From Candidatus Kaiserbacteria bacterium (GTDB lineage: Bacteria; Patescibacteriota; Minisyncoccia; Phycocordibacterales; UBA918), in assembly GCA_020428905.1 (NCBI GenBank), contig JAGQLY010000002.1:1-63726 (forward strand): 63,726 nucleotides of DNA, read 5' to 3'. Positions within the stretch are counted from its first letter, which is position 1. Every line of letters begins with the position of its first letter. The notes beneath the pieces are model-generated. The model worked only from the letters and a program-made list of their open reading frames with translations. It did not search any database and had not been told where the DNA came from. A program made the translations under genes and the position numbers. Below are positions 55,859 to 63,580 of this stretch, piece by piece.

Positions 55859-55930
55859 TGCTCCCACCAGGAATCGAACCTGGATCGCAGGTACCGCAAA
55901 CCTGCATTCTATCCATTAAACTATGGGAGC
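55859..55930 (-). tRNA. tRNA-Arg (anticodon GCG), CCA not encoded
   Basis: Manual cloverleaf: acceptor GCUCCCA/UGGGAGC, D arm GUUU-AAUGGAUA-GAAU, anticodon arm CAGGU-UUGCGGU-ACCUG, T arm CCAGG-UUCGAUU-CCUGG, discriminator A. Confidence 0.8.
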
Positions 55931-56089
55931 ATGTATATACTAGTGTACTCCGAAAACATTTTGTACACGTAGCAGCTTCGGTTTGCTCGCGCCCGTCTTA
56001 CAGACGCTGTTCAGGTCGTGGCCATCTGTGTTCGCATGACTCCACACATGCCTCACAACCTCCCGATACAGTCCCCCAGACTGTATCAG

Positions 56090-56119
56090 CCTGCATTCTA
56101 TCCATTAAACTATGGGAGC
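56090..56119 (-). repeat. Exact 30-nt copy of the tRNA-Arg(GCG) 5' half (tRNA positions 1-30)
   Basis: 56090-56119 is identical to 55901-55930 (CCTGCATTCTATCCATTAAACTATGGGAGC on the + strand). A perfect 9-bp hairpin lies next to it (56065-56073 pairing with 56079-56087). Confidence 0.9.
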
Positions 56120-56138
56120 AAGCACTCCACAGGATACC

Positions 56139-56609
56139 CTAAAAACCAAAAAGTTCCAGTAACTTGTGCGAAAGTGGTTCCTCGAGGTGTTCTTCCGGTA
56201 GGCGGCTTCCTAGAAGGTCGTCGATCTCATCAAGGTATTCCTCTGGGATGGGGAGGATGAGAAGGGGGAGGAGAATCCGATTTGAGCGAACAATAAGTTG
56301 CGGCCCGCCGGGATTTTCATCATCGATATGAAATGATTCGAGCGTACTGTACGGAAAAAGCTCGCTACCCATACGAATGCCGCGTGTCGTGACTGCGAAG
56401 GGAAGAATTTTGGGTTCTCGTTGTGCAAAGAGAATAACGGTCACTGTGCCAAGCAAGATAACAACACCAAAAAGTGTATCGCCAAGAATGATTGCCGCGG
56501 CCGCTGAAGCAACTCCGATAATACCCACGATCCAAAACCAGTTAGCGCCGCGTTCAACGTGCGCGTGTTCGGGTGCTTCCCAGGTGATCGATTGTACAAC
56601 ATCTACCAT
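56139..56609 (-). CDS. Hypothetical two-TM membrane protein
   Basis: 156 aa. WFWIVGIIGVASAAAAIILGDTLFGVVILLGTVTVILFA, then a soluble acidic tail. No family recognised. Confidence 0.55.
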   Translation of the reverse strand: MVDVVQSITWEAPEHAHVERGANWFWIVGIIGVASAAAAIILGDTLFGVVILLGTVTVILFAQREPKILPFAVTTRGIRMGSELFPYSTLESFHIDDENPGGPQLIVRSNRILLPLLILPIPEEYLDEIDDLLGSRLPEEHLEEPLSHKLLELFGF

Positions 56610-56792
56610 AGGGAAATTGTATCATGTCTCCATCCAAGCCGTCGCAAAGCGACTGGTTTTTCTTCCTCTGCACCCTCGAAGAGAGAAGTTTCTTTGTGCG
56701 GGCGGTCTCGAGTTAGAACTGTGTGATGCCAACTTGCTTGACGGAATCAACTCATTTTACACCATACTCTCGAAGCGTCTCGTGCACCCACG

Positions 56793-57161
56793 TTATTTTT
56801 TGTGAGCCGTTTTACTACAAATACCTCTAACTGTTACTTCGATCTCATCAACCTCAAAATCTTCTATACCTAGCAACTTCTTAATTTTTTCATCTGGTGC
56901 GGTGAAATGCAGAACCCCATTACAGTCAGTACACACTGCGTGATGATGAGGTTCACTCTGGTACTCATACTGAGCTTCTTCGGTCCCAAGGTTAATCTTT
57001 TTAATCATTTTCTCTTTAACAAAAAGATCAAGATTCCTATAAATGGTTACCAAGTCAATCTCGGGTAGCTTGTCGTGGAGGTCTGCTGCTGAAAGGGTGC
57101 CTTGATGTTTTTTGAGCACCTCCAAAATCTCATTTCTTTTTGTGGTTAGTTTGATTGTCAT
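56793..57161 (-). CDS. Fur-family metalloregulator (Zur-like by context)
   Basis: KRNEILEVLKKHQGTLSAADLHDKLPEIDLVTIYRNLDLFVKE ... HHHAVCTDCNGVLHF ... RGICSKT. Divergent from a ZIP transporter gene. Start taken at the ATG; the ORF track opens two codons earlier at TTG. Confidence 0.85.
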   Translation of the reverse strand: MTIKLTTKRNEILEVLKKHQGTLSAADLHDKLPEIDLVTIYRNLDLFVKEKMIKKINLGTEEAQYEYQSEPHHHAVCTDCNGVLHFTAPDEKIKKLLGIEDFEVDEIEVTVRGICSKTAHKK

Positions 57162-57162
57162 A

Positions 57163-57177
57163 TGCAAATCACTTGCA
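57163..57177. promoter_or_regulatory. Fur/Zur-box-like 7-1-7 palindrome, copy 1
   Basis: TGCAAAT-C-ACTTGCA, with one arm mismatch. It abuts the regulator's start codon. Confidence 0.5.
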
Positions 57178-57206
57178 TTTTAACAGATTCCTGCTAGACT
57201 AGCAAT

Positions 57207-57221
57207 TGCAAATCATTTGCA
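57207..57221. promoter_or_regulatory. Fur/Zur-box-like 7-1-7 palindrome, copy 2
   Basis: TGCAAAT-C-ATTTGCA, a perfect inverted repeat, 22 nt upstream of the ZIP transporter ATG. Confidence 0.55.
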
Positions 57222-57242
57222 CTTACTTTTAACGAAACTTTT

Positions 57243-58052
57243 ATGATATTTGAATCACTGGTTGCGGCCCTATGTATCGCACTCATTTCCTTGGTCGGTA
57301 TTCTTGTGTTTGGTCAGTCTGGACAACTGAAAGGAATAGAGAAATATTCAGTACCTGTCGCTGTGGGGGTATTCTTGAGCATTTCCCTCTACGAACTTAT
57401 ACCTGAAACACTTGAAGCGTCACACGAATTGGGTGGACTTGTTGTGGCACTAGGCTTTATAGGATTTTATATGCTTGCCAACGTACTCCATAACAAATTG
57501 CACGAACGTTACCATCACTTGGACGCAGAAGACTGTGACCGCAAGGGTGCTGCACTCCTCATACTGATTGGTGATGCAATTCATAACGCTGCAGATGGTG
57601 TCGTGCTTGGAGGAGCATTTCTAATCGATCCAACAGTTGGTATTGCAACCGCTATTGGTTTAGCACTTCACGAGCTGCCACAAGAAATCGTAGAGTTTGG
57701 AATTTTGCTCAGGGCTGGATACAGCAAGACCACGGCAGCGATTTATAACTTCATATCAGCATCAAGCATTGTTTTGGGTCTGTTACTCATGTTTGTGGTT
57801 TCCAGCCACGCTGAAGAATACACGTGGATCTTAACAGGTATTGCAGCAGGTAATCTGCTCTTCTTGGCAGCTAGCGACCTCTTGCCCCGCATTCATGGCA
57901 ACCTCAAAAACTACGGGAGTATTTGGCACTCAACTGTGTCCATTACGTTCGGTTTTCTCATCATGACCAGTGTCCTTATCTGGACACATGAGCACTTTGG
58001 TCACGGTCATGAAGAAGAGTATGGAACAGAATCACACGTTGATGAAGCATAA
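57243..58052 (+). CDS. ZIP-family (ZupT-like) divalent metal transporter
   Basis: 269 aa, polytopic. IGDAIHNAADGVVLG and LALHELPQEIVEFGIL are ZIP signature-like helices. The tail is His-rich (HEHFGHGHEEE). Confidence 0.85.
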   Translation: MIFESLVAALCIALISLVGILVFGQSGQLKGIEKYSVPVAVGVFLSISLYELIPETLEASHELGGLVVALGFIGFYMLANVLHNKLHERYHHLDAEDCDRKGAALLILIGDAIHNAADGVVLGGAFLIDPTVGIATAIGLALHELPQEIVEFGILLRAGYSKTTAAIYNFISASSIVLGLLLMFVVSSHAEEYTWILTGIAAGNLLFLAASDLLPRIHGNLKNYGSIWHSTVSITFGFLIMTSVLIWTHEHFGHGHEEEYGTESHVDEA

Positions 58053-58111
58053 TTTGGTATGATGTACTGGCTATGTTGCCAGTTGCTATCAAATTCACAC
58101 GAATCTTTCTG

Positions 58112-58198
58112 CGGAGAGAGAGGGATTCGAACCCTCGAGGAGCTTTCACCCCTGGCGGTTTTCAAGACCGCTGCTTTCAACCACTCAGCCATCTCTCC
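58112..58198 (-). tRNA. tRNA-Ser (anticodon UGA), long variable arm, CCA not encoded
   Basis: GGAGAGAUGGCUGAGUGGUUGAAAGC..GCGGU-CUUGAAA-ACCGC..long variable arm..GAGGG-UUCGAAU-CCCUC-UCUCUCCG. Confidence 0.85.
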
Positions 58199-58267
58199 AG
58201 GCGTTTTGAAGCACTGTGATAGTAGCAAAAAAAGAAGAAAAAACCAATCGTGGTATGCTTATCGGGT

Positions 58268-58657
58268 ATGCGATTCCTCGGCATTGATTATGGGACGAAG
58301 CGAGTGGGGACGGCACTCTCCGACGCGACAGGGAGTATGGCCTTTCCCCACGAGGTGTTTTTAAATGATGGCGGGTTGGTTGCTGGTCTCGGTGCCCTCA
58401 TTGAAAAAGAGGGTGTTGGGAAAATAGTTATCGGACACTCACTGAATACCGACGGCGAGGTGAACGCGGTGCATCAGGGTGTCGAAAGTCTTATGGCGGA
58501 CCTCACACTCTTGACTGGACTTCCGATTGATCTCGAGCCGGAACAGTACACGACCCAAGAGGCCTTGCGGGTGCAGGGGCGAAACGAGAAGACGGACGCC
58601 TCTGCTGCGGCACTTATTTTAAACAGCTACCTTACCAGAACAAAAAACGCTACCTAA
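58268..58657 (+). CDS. ruvX: Putative pre-16S rRNA nuclease / Holliday junction resolvase-like YqgF
   Basis: MRFLGIDYGTKRVGTALSD ... KIVIGHSLNTDGE ... EQYTTQEA. Confidence 0.85.
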   Translation: MRFLGIDYGTKRVGTALSDATGSMAFPHEVFLNDGGLVAGLGALIEKEGVGKIVIGHSLNTDGEVNAVHQGVESLMADLTLLTGLPIDLEPEQYTTQEALRVQGRNEKTDASAAALILNSYLTRTKNAT

Positions 58658-58688
58658 TGGTGGCAGAAACCAGTAATCACAGCACACC

Positions 58689-59015
58689 ATGATTAGTTAC
58701 GACGATTTTGCAAAACTAGAAATTACCATCGGCGAGATACAGGCAGTCGAGGTGGTAGAAGATGCCGACAAGCTTCTTAGACTCACCGTTGATTTTGGTG
58801 AAGCCGCGCCACGGCAGATTATTTCTGGTATCCGTGAATATTTTGAAGATCCGCAGACGCTCGTGGGCGTGCGGTGTCCTTTTGTGACCAACCTCGAGCC
58901 AAGAGTAATTCGAGGTTTTGAGAGTCAAGGGATGATTGTGGCGGCGCATCAAGACGAGCTTTTTGCGCTCCTTACCCCACACCGGGAGCTCCCTGTTGGC
59001 GCACGTGTTATTTAG
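58689..59015 (+). CDS. tRNA-binding domain protein (CsaA/EMAP-II-like OB fold)
   Basis: FAKLEITIGEIQAVEVVEDADKLLRLTVDFGE..RQIISGIREYF....LVGVRCPFVTNLEPRVIRGFESQGMIVAA. Confidence 0.8.
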   Translation: MISYDDFAKLEITIGEIQAVEVVEDADKLLRLTVDFGEAAPRQIISGIREYFEDPQTLVGVRCPFVTNLEPRVIRGFESQGMIVAAHQDELFALLTPHRELPVGARVI

Positions 59016-59016
59016 T

Positions 59017-59625
59017 ATGCTTGAGACAAACGAGACAATTAAGAATCCAAAACTCCTCGGCGCGGCGCGGCGCGTTGGAACCGTGTTGAACTCGCGGTTT
59101 GGTTTGTGGGGGCTCGGGGTCATTTCGTTTATTGAATCGGCATTGCCGATTCCTATCATCACTGACCCGTTTTTGATTGCGTGTATTGTTGCCAACAAGA
59201 CGACGGCACTTCGTGCGGTTGTGGTGACGACCCTTGCATCCGTACTCGGTGGGGTGGTTGCCTACTTTGTGGCGGTTGGATTTTTTGAAGTGGTGCTCGT
59301 ACCGTATCTGGGAAGCGCCACACAGGAAGTAATACTCTCAACAGCGGCTCAATTTGAAGGGGGTGCCTTTCTCCTCACACTCATTGGTGCAGTTACACCA
59401 ATACCATACACTTTCGTTGCACTTGCGGCTGGACTGGTGCAGGCACCACTTTCGGTTTTTGTCGTCGCGTCTCTCTTGGGGCGGGGGTTTCGGTACGGTT
59501 TTGAGGGGTTTTTGTTCTACCATGTTGGTGAACGTGCAAAGGTCCTTATCAAAAAGGAAATCGGCATATCATCTCTCATTGCGGTCGTACTGGTTGTGTT
59601 GTACCTCTTTTTCAAATTTGGGTGA
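59017..59625 (+). CDS. YqaA/DedA-like (SNARE-associated) membrane protein
   Basis: GLWGLGVISFIESALPIPIITDPFLIACIV ... four or five TM helices. Start taken at MLETNE. Confidence 0.65.
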   Translation: MLETNETIKNPKLLGAARRVGTVLNSRFGLWGLGVISFIESALPIPIITDPFLIACIVANKTTALRAVVVTTLASVLGGVVAYFVAVGFFEVVLVPYLGSATQEVILSTAAQFEGGAFLLTLIGAVTPIPYTFVALAAGLVQAPLSVFVVASLLGRGFRYGFEGFLFYHVGERAKVLIKKEIGISSLIAVVLVVLYLFFKFG

Positions 59626-59684
59626 TACGTGTGAGTTACGTACCTCCATTTCTCAGACATAACAGCGTATACTATTAGAGTATT

Positions 59685-60785
59685 ATGGCGGCTATGTCGT
59701 TCCTGTCACATATTTTTCCCACACCCAAATACCTAACACTTCCGAGTGTGGGTGTTGATGTTTCTGATTCCTCCCTCAAGTATATCCAGTTTGAACAGCC
59801 GCATTCACACGATACAAATCTCCGACTCAAGGCGTGGGGGAGCACCGATATCCCGGAGGGTGTGGTGGAGCGTGGTACGGTGCATGATGTTGACAAACTT
59901 TCCCAGGTGCTTGCACAGGTAAAGAAAAAGACAGGGGCGGAATATGTTCGGGTATCACTTCCGGAAGAGCGCGCATATCTCTTTGAGACGACCATCAAAC
60001 ACGGCACGCCATTTAAGGAAATCCGTGGCCTTCTCGAGTTTAAGCTTGAAGAAAACGTCCCGCTATCGCCGCGCGATGCGTATTTTGATTATGATGTAGT
60101 ACACGCACAGGCGGGGGAGGCTGCTATGGAGGTGGTTGTCGCGGTGTATGCAAAAAACACCATCAACGGCTATTTTGAGGCTTGTCGCAAGGCGGGGTTG
60201 GTGCCACGATCGTTTGAAATTGAGGCGCAGGCCATCGGTCGTGCCGCTATCCCAAAGGACACGACGGCGACGCACATGATTGTTGACCTCGGTAAGACAC
60301 GAACGGGTGTGGGGATTGTCCACAACGGCGCACTCATGTACACCTCGACCATTGAAAGTGGAGGACAGGCATTTAGTACCTTGTTACGAGAAAAGCTCGG
60401 AGATCTTTCTGACGATGAGTGTACCGAAATAAAGAACACGCGCGGACTCACCAACACAAAAGAAAACGCCGATGTGTATGGGGTGCTCAATTCTGCGCTC
60501 ACTACCGTCGTTGAAGAGATACAGACAAGGATTCACTACTGGCATACCCGTGACGTCGATCGCAAAAATCGTAACATCAAAAGAGTTATCCTCTGTGGAG
60601 GGGAATCAAATATGGCCGGACTTCCGCAGTATCTTGCGAGCGCACTCGAAATTCCCACTGAACAAGCGGCGGTGTGGAACCGAGCATTTTCTCTCGATAC
60701 CTTCATACCGCCGATTACTCGCCGATACTCATACGGGTACGCAACAGCCATAGGTCTTGCGCTCGCCGACTTTATTATCGAATAA
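59685..60785 (+). CDS. pilM: Type IV pilus assembly protein PilM (actin-like ATPase fold)
   Basis: VGVDVSDSSLKYIQFE ... MIVDLGKTRTGVGIV ... RVILCGGESNMAGLPQYL. Confidence 0.8.
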   Translation: MAAMSFLSHIFPTPKYLTLPSVGVDVSDSSLKYIQFEQPHSHDTNLRLKAWGSTDIPEGVVERGTVHDVDKLSQVLAQVKKKTGAEYVRVSLPEERAYLFETTIKHGTPFKEIRGLLEFKLEENVPLSPRDAYFDYDVVHAQAGEAAMEVVVAVYAKNTINGYFEACRKAGLVPRSFEIEAQAIGRAAIPKDTTATHMIVDLGKTRTGVGIVHNGALMYTSTIESGGQAFSTLLREKLGDLSDDECTEIKNTRGLTNTKENADVYGVLNSALTTVVEEIQTRIHYWHTRDVDRKNRNIKRVILCGGESNMAGLPQYLASALEIPTEQAAVWNRAFSLDTFIPPITRRYSYGYATAIGLALADFIIE

Positions 60786-60787
60786 CC

Positions 60788-61336
60788 ATGATCAATTTTC
60801 TTCCACCAGAGGGGTTGTCATTAGTAAAGCGTGAATACTGGGTGCGTGTGCTTTCGGTGTGGGGGTTTCTCCTCTTTGCGGTCTGTGTGGTGAGTGTGCT
60901 GTCGTTGTTGCCGACCTACGTACTTCTCAAATCCCAACTCGCTGCAGCGGAAGTACGCATTGTCGGTGGTGAAGACACTACAGAGGAGTACCGTGTTGCA
61001 GCCGAGGCGGTGAAAGACGCGAACGTCGTTATTGGACAGCTCGAAAAGACTCGGCCGTCGGTACGACCGTCAGAAATTGTAGGCGCACTGGTTGCGGCGA
61101 CACCGGCAAATGTCGAGGTAAACAGACTTCTACTTAAGCAAGACGCCGGTGCAGCGGTCAGTGCCGTGCAGGTGCAGGGGGTTGCTGCGACACGGGAGGC
61201 ACTCGTTCGGTTCAAGGAAGTAATTCAGGAGGGAGTTCTTTTCTCTGAGGTCGAGGTCCCGATTTCTGACTTGGCTCGAGAGGTCGAATTGCCCTTCGCG
61301 ATAATGGTCACGCTTAATCCGCTGCTCAAACAGTAG
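60788..61336 (+). CDS. pilN: PilN-like bitopic membrane protein
   Basis: MINFLPPE...REYWVRVLSVWGFLLFAVCVVSVLSLLPTYVLL. Lies directly after pilM. Confidence 0.65.
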   Translation: MINFLPPEGLSLVKREYWVRVLSVWGFLLFAVCVVSVLSLLPTYVLLKSQLAAAEVRIVGGEDTTEEYRVAAEAVKDANVVIGQLEKTRPSVRPSEIVGALVAATPANVEVNRLLLKQDAGAAVSAVQVQGVAATREALVRFKEVIQEGVLFSEVEVPISDLAREVELPFAIMVTLNPLLKQ

Positions 61337-61347
61337 CGCTGTTCTGT

Positions 61348-61866
61348 ATGAATAATCACACCAAAGTCATCGGTATACTCGCACTCATCTTTATGTTTGT
61401 TGGTGCGGGTGCATTGGGCGGCTCGTTGTTCGTCATTTCACACCTTGCGGGGGCGCTGTATGATCAGCAGGTGGAGAATGCAACGATAGAGACGCATGAG
61501 GCAGAACTCGATGCGTTGCTGCGGCTAGTGGAAGAAACTGCTGAGGAGCGTGAGGAGCTTGACGCGTATGTGCTCGCGGAGGAAGACGTTGTGACGTTCT
61601 TGTCACTGCTCGGGACGCTCGGTCGGGAGCAGGGAGTGCTCCTTGAAACGAAGTCCATTAAGTCAAACGATGTGGGTGGCGTATTTGAGGAGTTGAGCAT
61701 AGAGACGACAATGCAGGGCTCGTATGATTCTGTGTTATACACCCTCGCACTACTTGAATCATTGCCGTATCAATCACGACTCGAGTCGGTTGCTCTAGCG
61801 GAAGGGAATGGTGTGTGGCAGTCTACGCTCACACTCTATGTAACGAAACATAAACATGAGCTTTAA
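61348..61866 (+). CDS. pilO: PilO-like bitopic membrane protein
   Basis: N-terminal TM helix, a coiled coil (HEAELDALLRLVEETAEEREELDAY), and a C-terminal alpha/beta domain. Third gene after pilM and pilN. Confidence 0.55.
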   Translation: MNNHTKVIGILALIFMFVGAGALGGSLFVISHLAGALYDQQVENATIETHEAELDALLRLVEETAEEREELDAYVLAEEDVVTFLSLLGTLGREQGVLLETKSIKSNDVGGVFEELSIETTMQGSYDSVLYTLALLESLPYQSRLESVALAEGNGVWQSTLTLYVTKHKHEL

Positions 61867-62215
61867 AAAAGACATTTTAAAAATTGTAAAACACGTTATA
61901 CGCAAAAGTGACGGATATCCAGACCGTCGACTCATGCACCCGGCCCGCGAATGGTCTGTTGGCGTTGGTGTTGCTATCGTTGCCTTTGTTGCAGTTGCCG
62001 CGTTTAGCACCAAGACCTTTCTACAGTACTCTCGTAACACGGACCCAGATATCTTTGTCGATCAGACCATTGAACAGTACAAACAGAAGCGTGCCCAGTC
62101 TATTTTGGAGGAATACAACGAGCGCTCTGATCAGTTTGATGCACTGCGTTCGGCACGACAGACTTCGGCCCTTCTAAGTGAGACAGAAACAGCCACCAGC
62201 ACAGAGGGAGAGTAA
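61856..62215 (+). CDS. Hypothetical bitopic membrane protein (end of the pilMNO operon)
   Basis: 119 aa, overlapping the pilO stop. TM helix WSVGVGVAIVAFVAVAAF. Confidence 0.5.
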   Translation: MSFKKDILKIVKHVIRKSDGYPDRRLMHPAREWSVGVGVAIVAFVAVAAFSTKTFLQYSRNTDPDIFVDQTIEQYKQKRAQSILEEYNERSDQFDALRSARQTSALLSETETATSTEGE

Positions 62216-62252
62216 CTTGCGACAGTCTCAAAAAAACGGTAGCGTGTACGAT

Positions 62253-62327
62253 GCCCCTGTAGTTTAATGGATAAAACTGCGGACTTCTAAGCCGTTAATG
62301 GAGGTTCGATTCCTCCCGGGGGCACCA
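62253..62327 (+). tRNA. tRNA-Arg (anticodon UCU), CCA encoded
   Basis: GCCCCUG-UA-GUUU-AAUGGAUA-AAAC..GCGGA-CUUCUAA-GCCGU..GGAGG-UUCGAUU-CCUCC-CGGGGGC-ACCA. Confidence 0.8.
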
Positions 62328-62336
62328 GAATAGAAC

Positions 62337-62900
62337 TCAACGGTTTTTGACCAACGGACGCATGGGCGGCACACAGCGCCGCCCATGCTGTTTCGCCTGA
62401 TTTTGAAACGCTTTTGAGCGCGCAAGCGCGCACTGTTTTGTTTTGGAGGAGGAGGTTCGAGCCAAAGATTTCTTTGGCTTTGACCTTTTTTCAAAAAGGT
62501 CATCATCAGAAGCAATTTTGTCCAGATTCTGTGCGGTTTTCAACCAATTTTGGAGCGGTTCGAGCCAATCATTCTGCCTGCGTGAAAAAGTTGAGATTTC
62601 TTCTTGGAGCGACTTCTTCTCGGAAAGGAGCTTTGCTTTCTCTACTCGATAAACTTCGCGCTCAATATCCTGTTCTAGATATCCATCAAGGAGCCGCTCC
62701 AGTTTTTGCGAGATAGCAGAAATTCTCGTTTCCTTCCCTTTCACGCAGGCAGTCAAAGACTGGGCGGAGTTTTTGTGTTCCTCTAACGCCATACGATTTA
62801 GTTCTTCCGCCCAGTCTTTGGGCAAAGAAACTTTTTGAATGAGAGATGATAACTGGCGATCTAGTTCCTCTTGGCGAACACAAGGTTCTTCACACTTCAC
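62337..62900 (-). pseudogene. Large serine recombinase, C-terminal remnant, frameshifted near the 3' end
   Basis: CEEPCVRQEELDRQLSSLIQKVSLPKDWAEEL...coiled coil. The conserved tail AKEIFGSNLLLQNKTVRACALKSVSKSGETAWAALCAAHASVGQKPL is readable only in a different frame across 62340-62470. No catalytic domain is present. The remnant ends 10 nt from the tRNA 3' end. Confidence 0.6.
62345..62387. repeat. 43-bp repeat, copy A (inverted partner at 63538-63580)
   Basis: TTTTGACCAACGGACGCATGGGCGGCACACAGCGCCGCCCATG. It contains its own perfect 10-bp hairpin arms, CATGGGCGGC / GCCGCCCATG. Confidence 0.85.
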
Positions 62901-62938
62901 CGTTTTATTTTTCTTGGTGCAGTGATAATAATATAAAA

Positions 62939-63259
62939 GACATAGTTGACGAATTCAGAGTCATTGTGATTGGTGGAAAAGCACTGGGTGTTGCTAAAAA
63001 ACTGAGTAACAACATCGCCAAGAACGCAACACTTGGTGGCTCTTTTGAAAAAGTTGAAGATAAAGAAGTGATTGACTTTGCAGAAAAAGCCGCACATTTT
63101 GAGAAAGCCGACATTTTGGGAACAGATATAGCAAGAACGCCAGACGGTTCTTTGTGGTTGATCGAAAACAACAGGAATCCAAATTTCATTGCTTTCAGAG
63201 AAGCAACCGGAATGATGGTCGAAGAAAATATTTTACAATTTGTCTTAAGCAAAGAATAG
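62939..63259 (+). pseudogene. ATP-grasp (RimK-like) enzyme, C-terminal fragment
   Basis: EFRVIVIGGKALGVAKKLSNNIAKNATLGGSFEKV...ILGTDIARTPDGSLWLIENNRNPNFIAF matches only about the last third of an ATP-grasp fold. The upstream part of the ORF overlaps the recombinase remnant on the other strand. Confidence 0.5.
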
Positions 63260-63537
63260 ACCACCTTTTGTAGTTGGCGAAGCAAACCAAAAATCCCTTT
63301 CAATTTTTTAGCGGCTTCCCCCTGCACCCCCTTCCGCTTTTTCAAGGTAAGGAATTTTTCGGGTTTGCCCGTGCGAGGTATCGAGCGCGGCCTGAGGCGC
63401 AACATACTCGAATGCGTACGCAAAAGGTTAGCATCACCACGCGCGCGGCGCGTGGCAGGTGTTCTGTTCAAAGTGAGTTCGAGCTTGGTACAATAAACAC
63501 ACCAAAATTATACTTTCGGGTTCTAAACCAACTTTGT

Positions 63538-63580
63538 CATGGGCAGCGCTTCGCGCCGCCCATGCGTCCGTCGGTCAAAA
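63538..63580. repeat. 43-bp repeat, copy B (inverted orientation)
   Basis: Its reverse complement, TTTTGACCGACGGACGCATGGGCGGCGCGAAGCGCTGCCCATG, matches copy A at roughly 37 of 43 positions. On the + strand it encodes WAALRAAHASVGQKP, the same recombinase-tail peptide. Confidence 0.8.

Noticed and set aside
55931-56089. Group I or other intron splitting the tRNA-Arg gene
   Set aside because: The downstream copy is a complete tRNA with its own 5' half, so the upstream 30-mer is a duplicate rather than exon 1 of a split gene. I found no intron core motifs.
58007-58228. 73-aa minus-strand ORF between the ZIP gene and ruvX
   Set aside because: It is the translation of tRNA-Ser(UGA) and its flanks (GEMAEWLKAAVLKT is the typical artefact peptide of a Ser tRNA gene).
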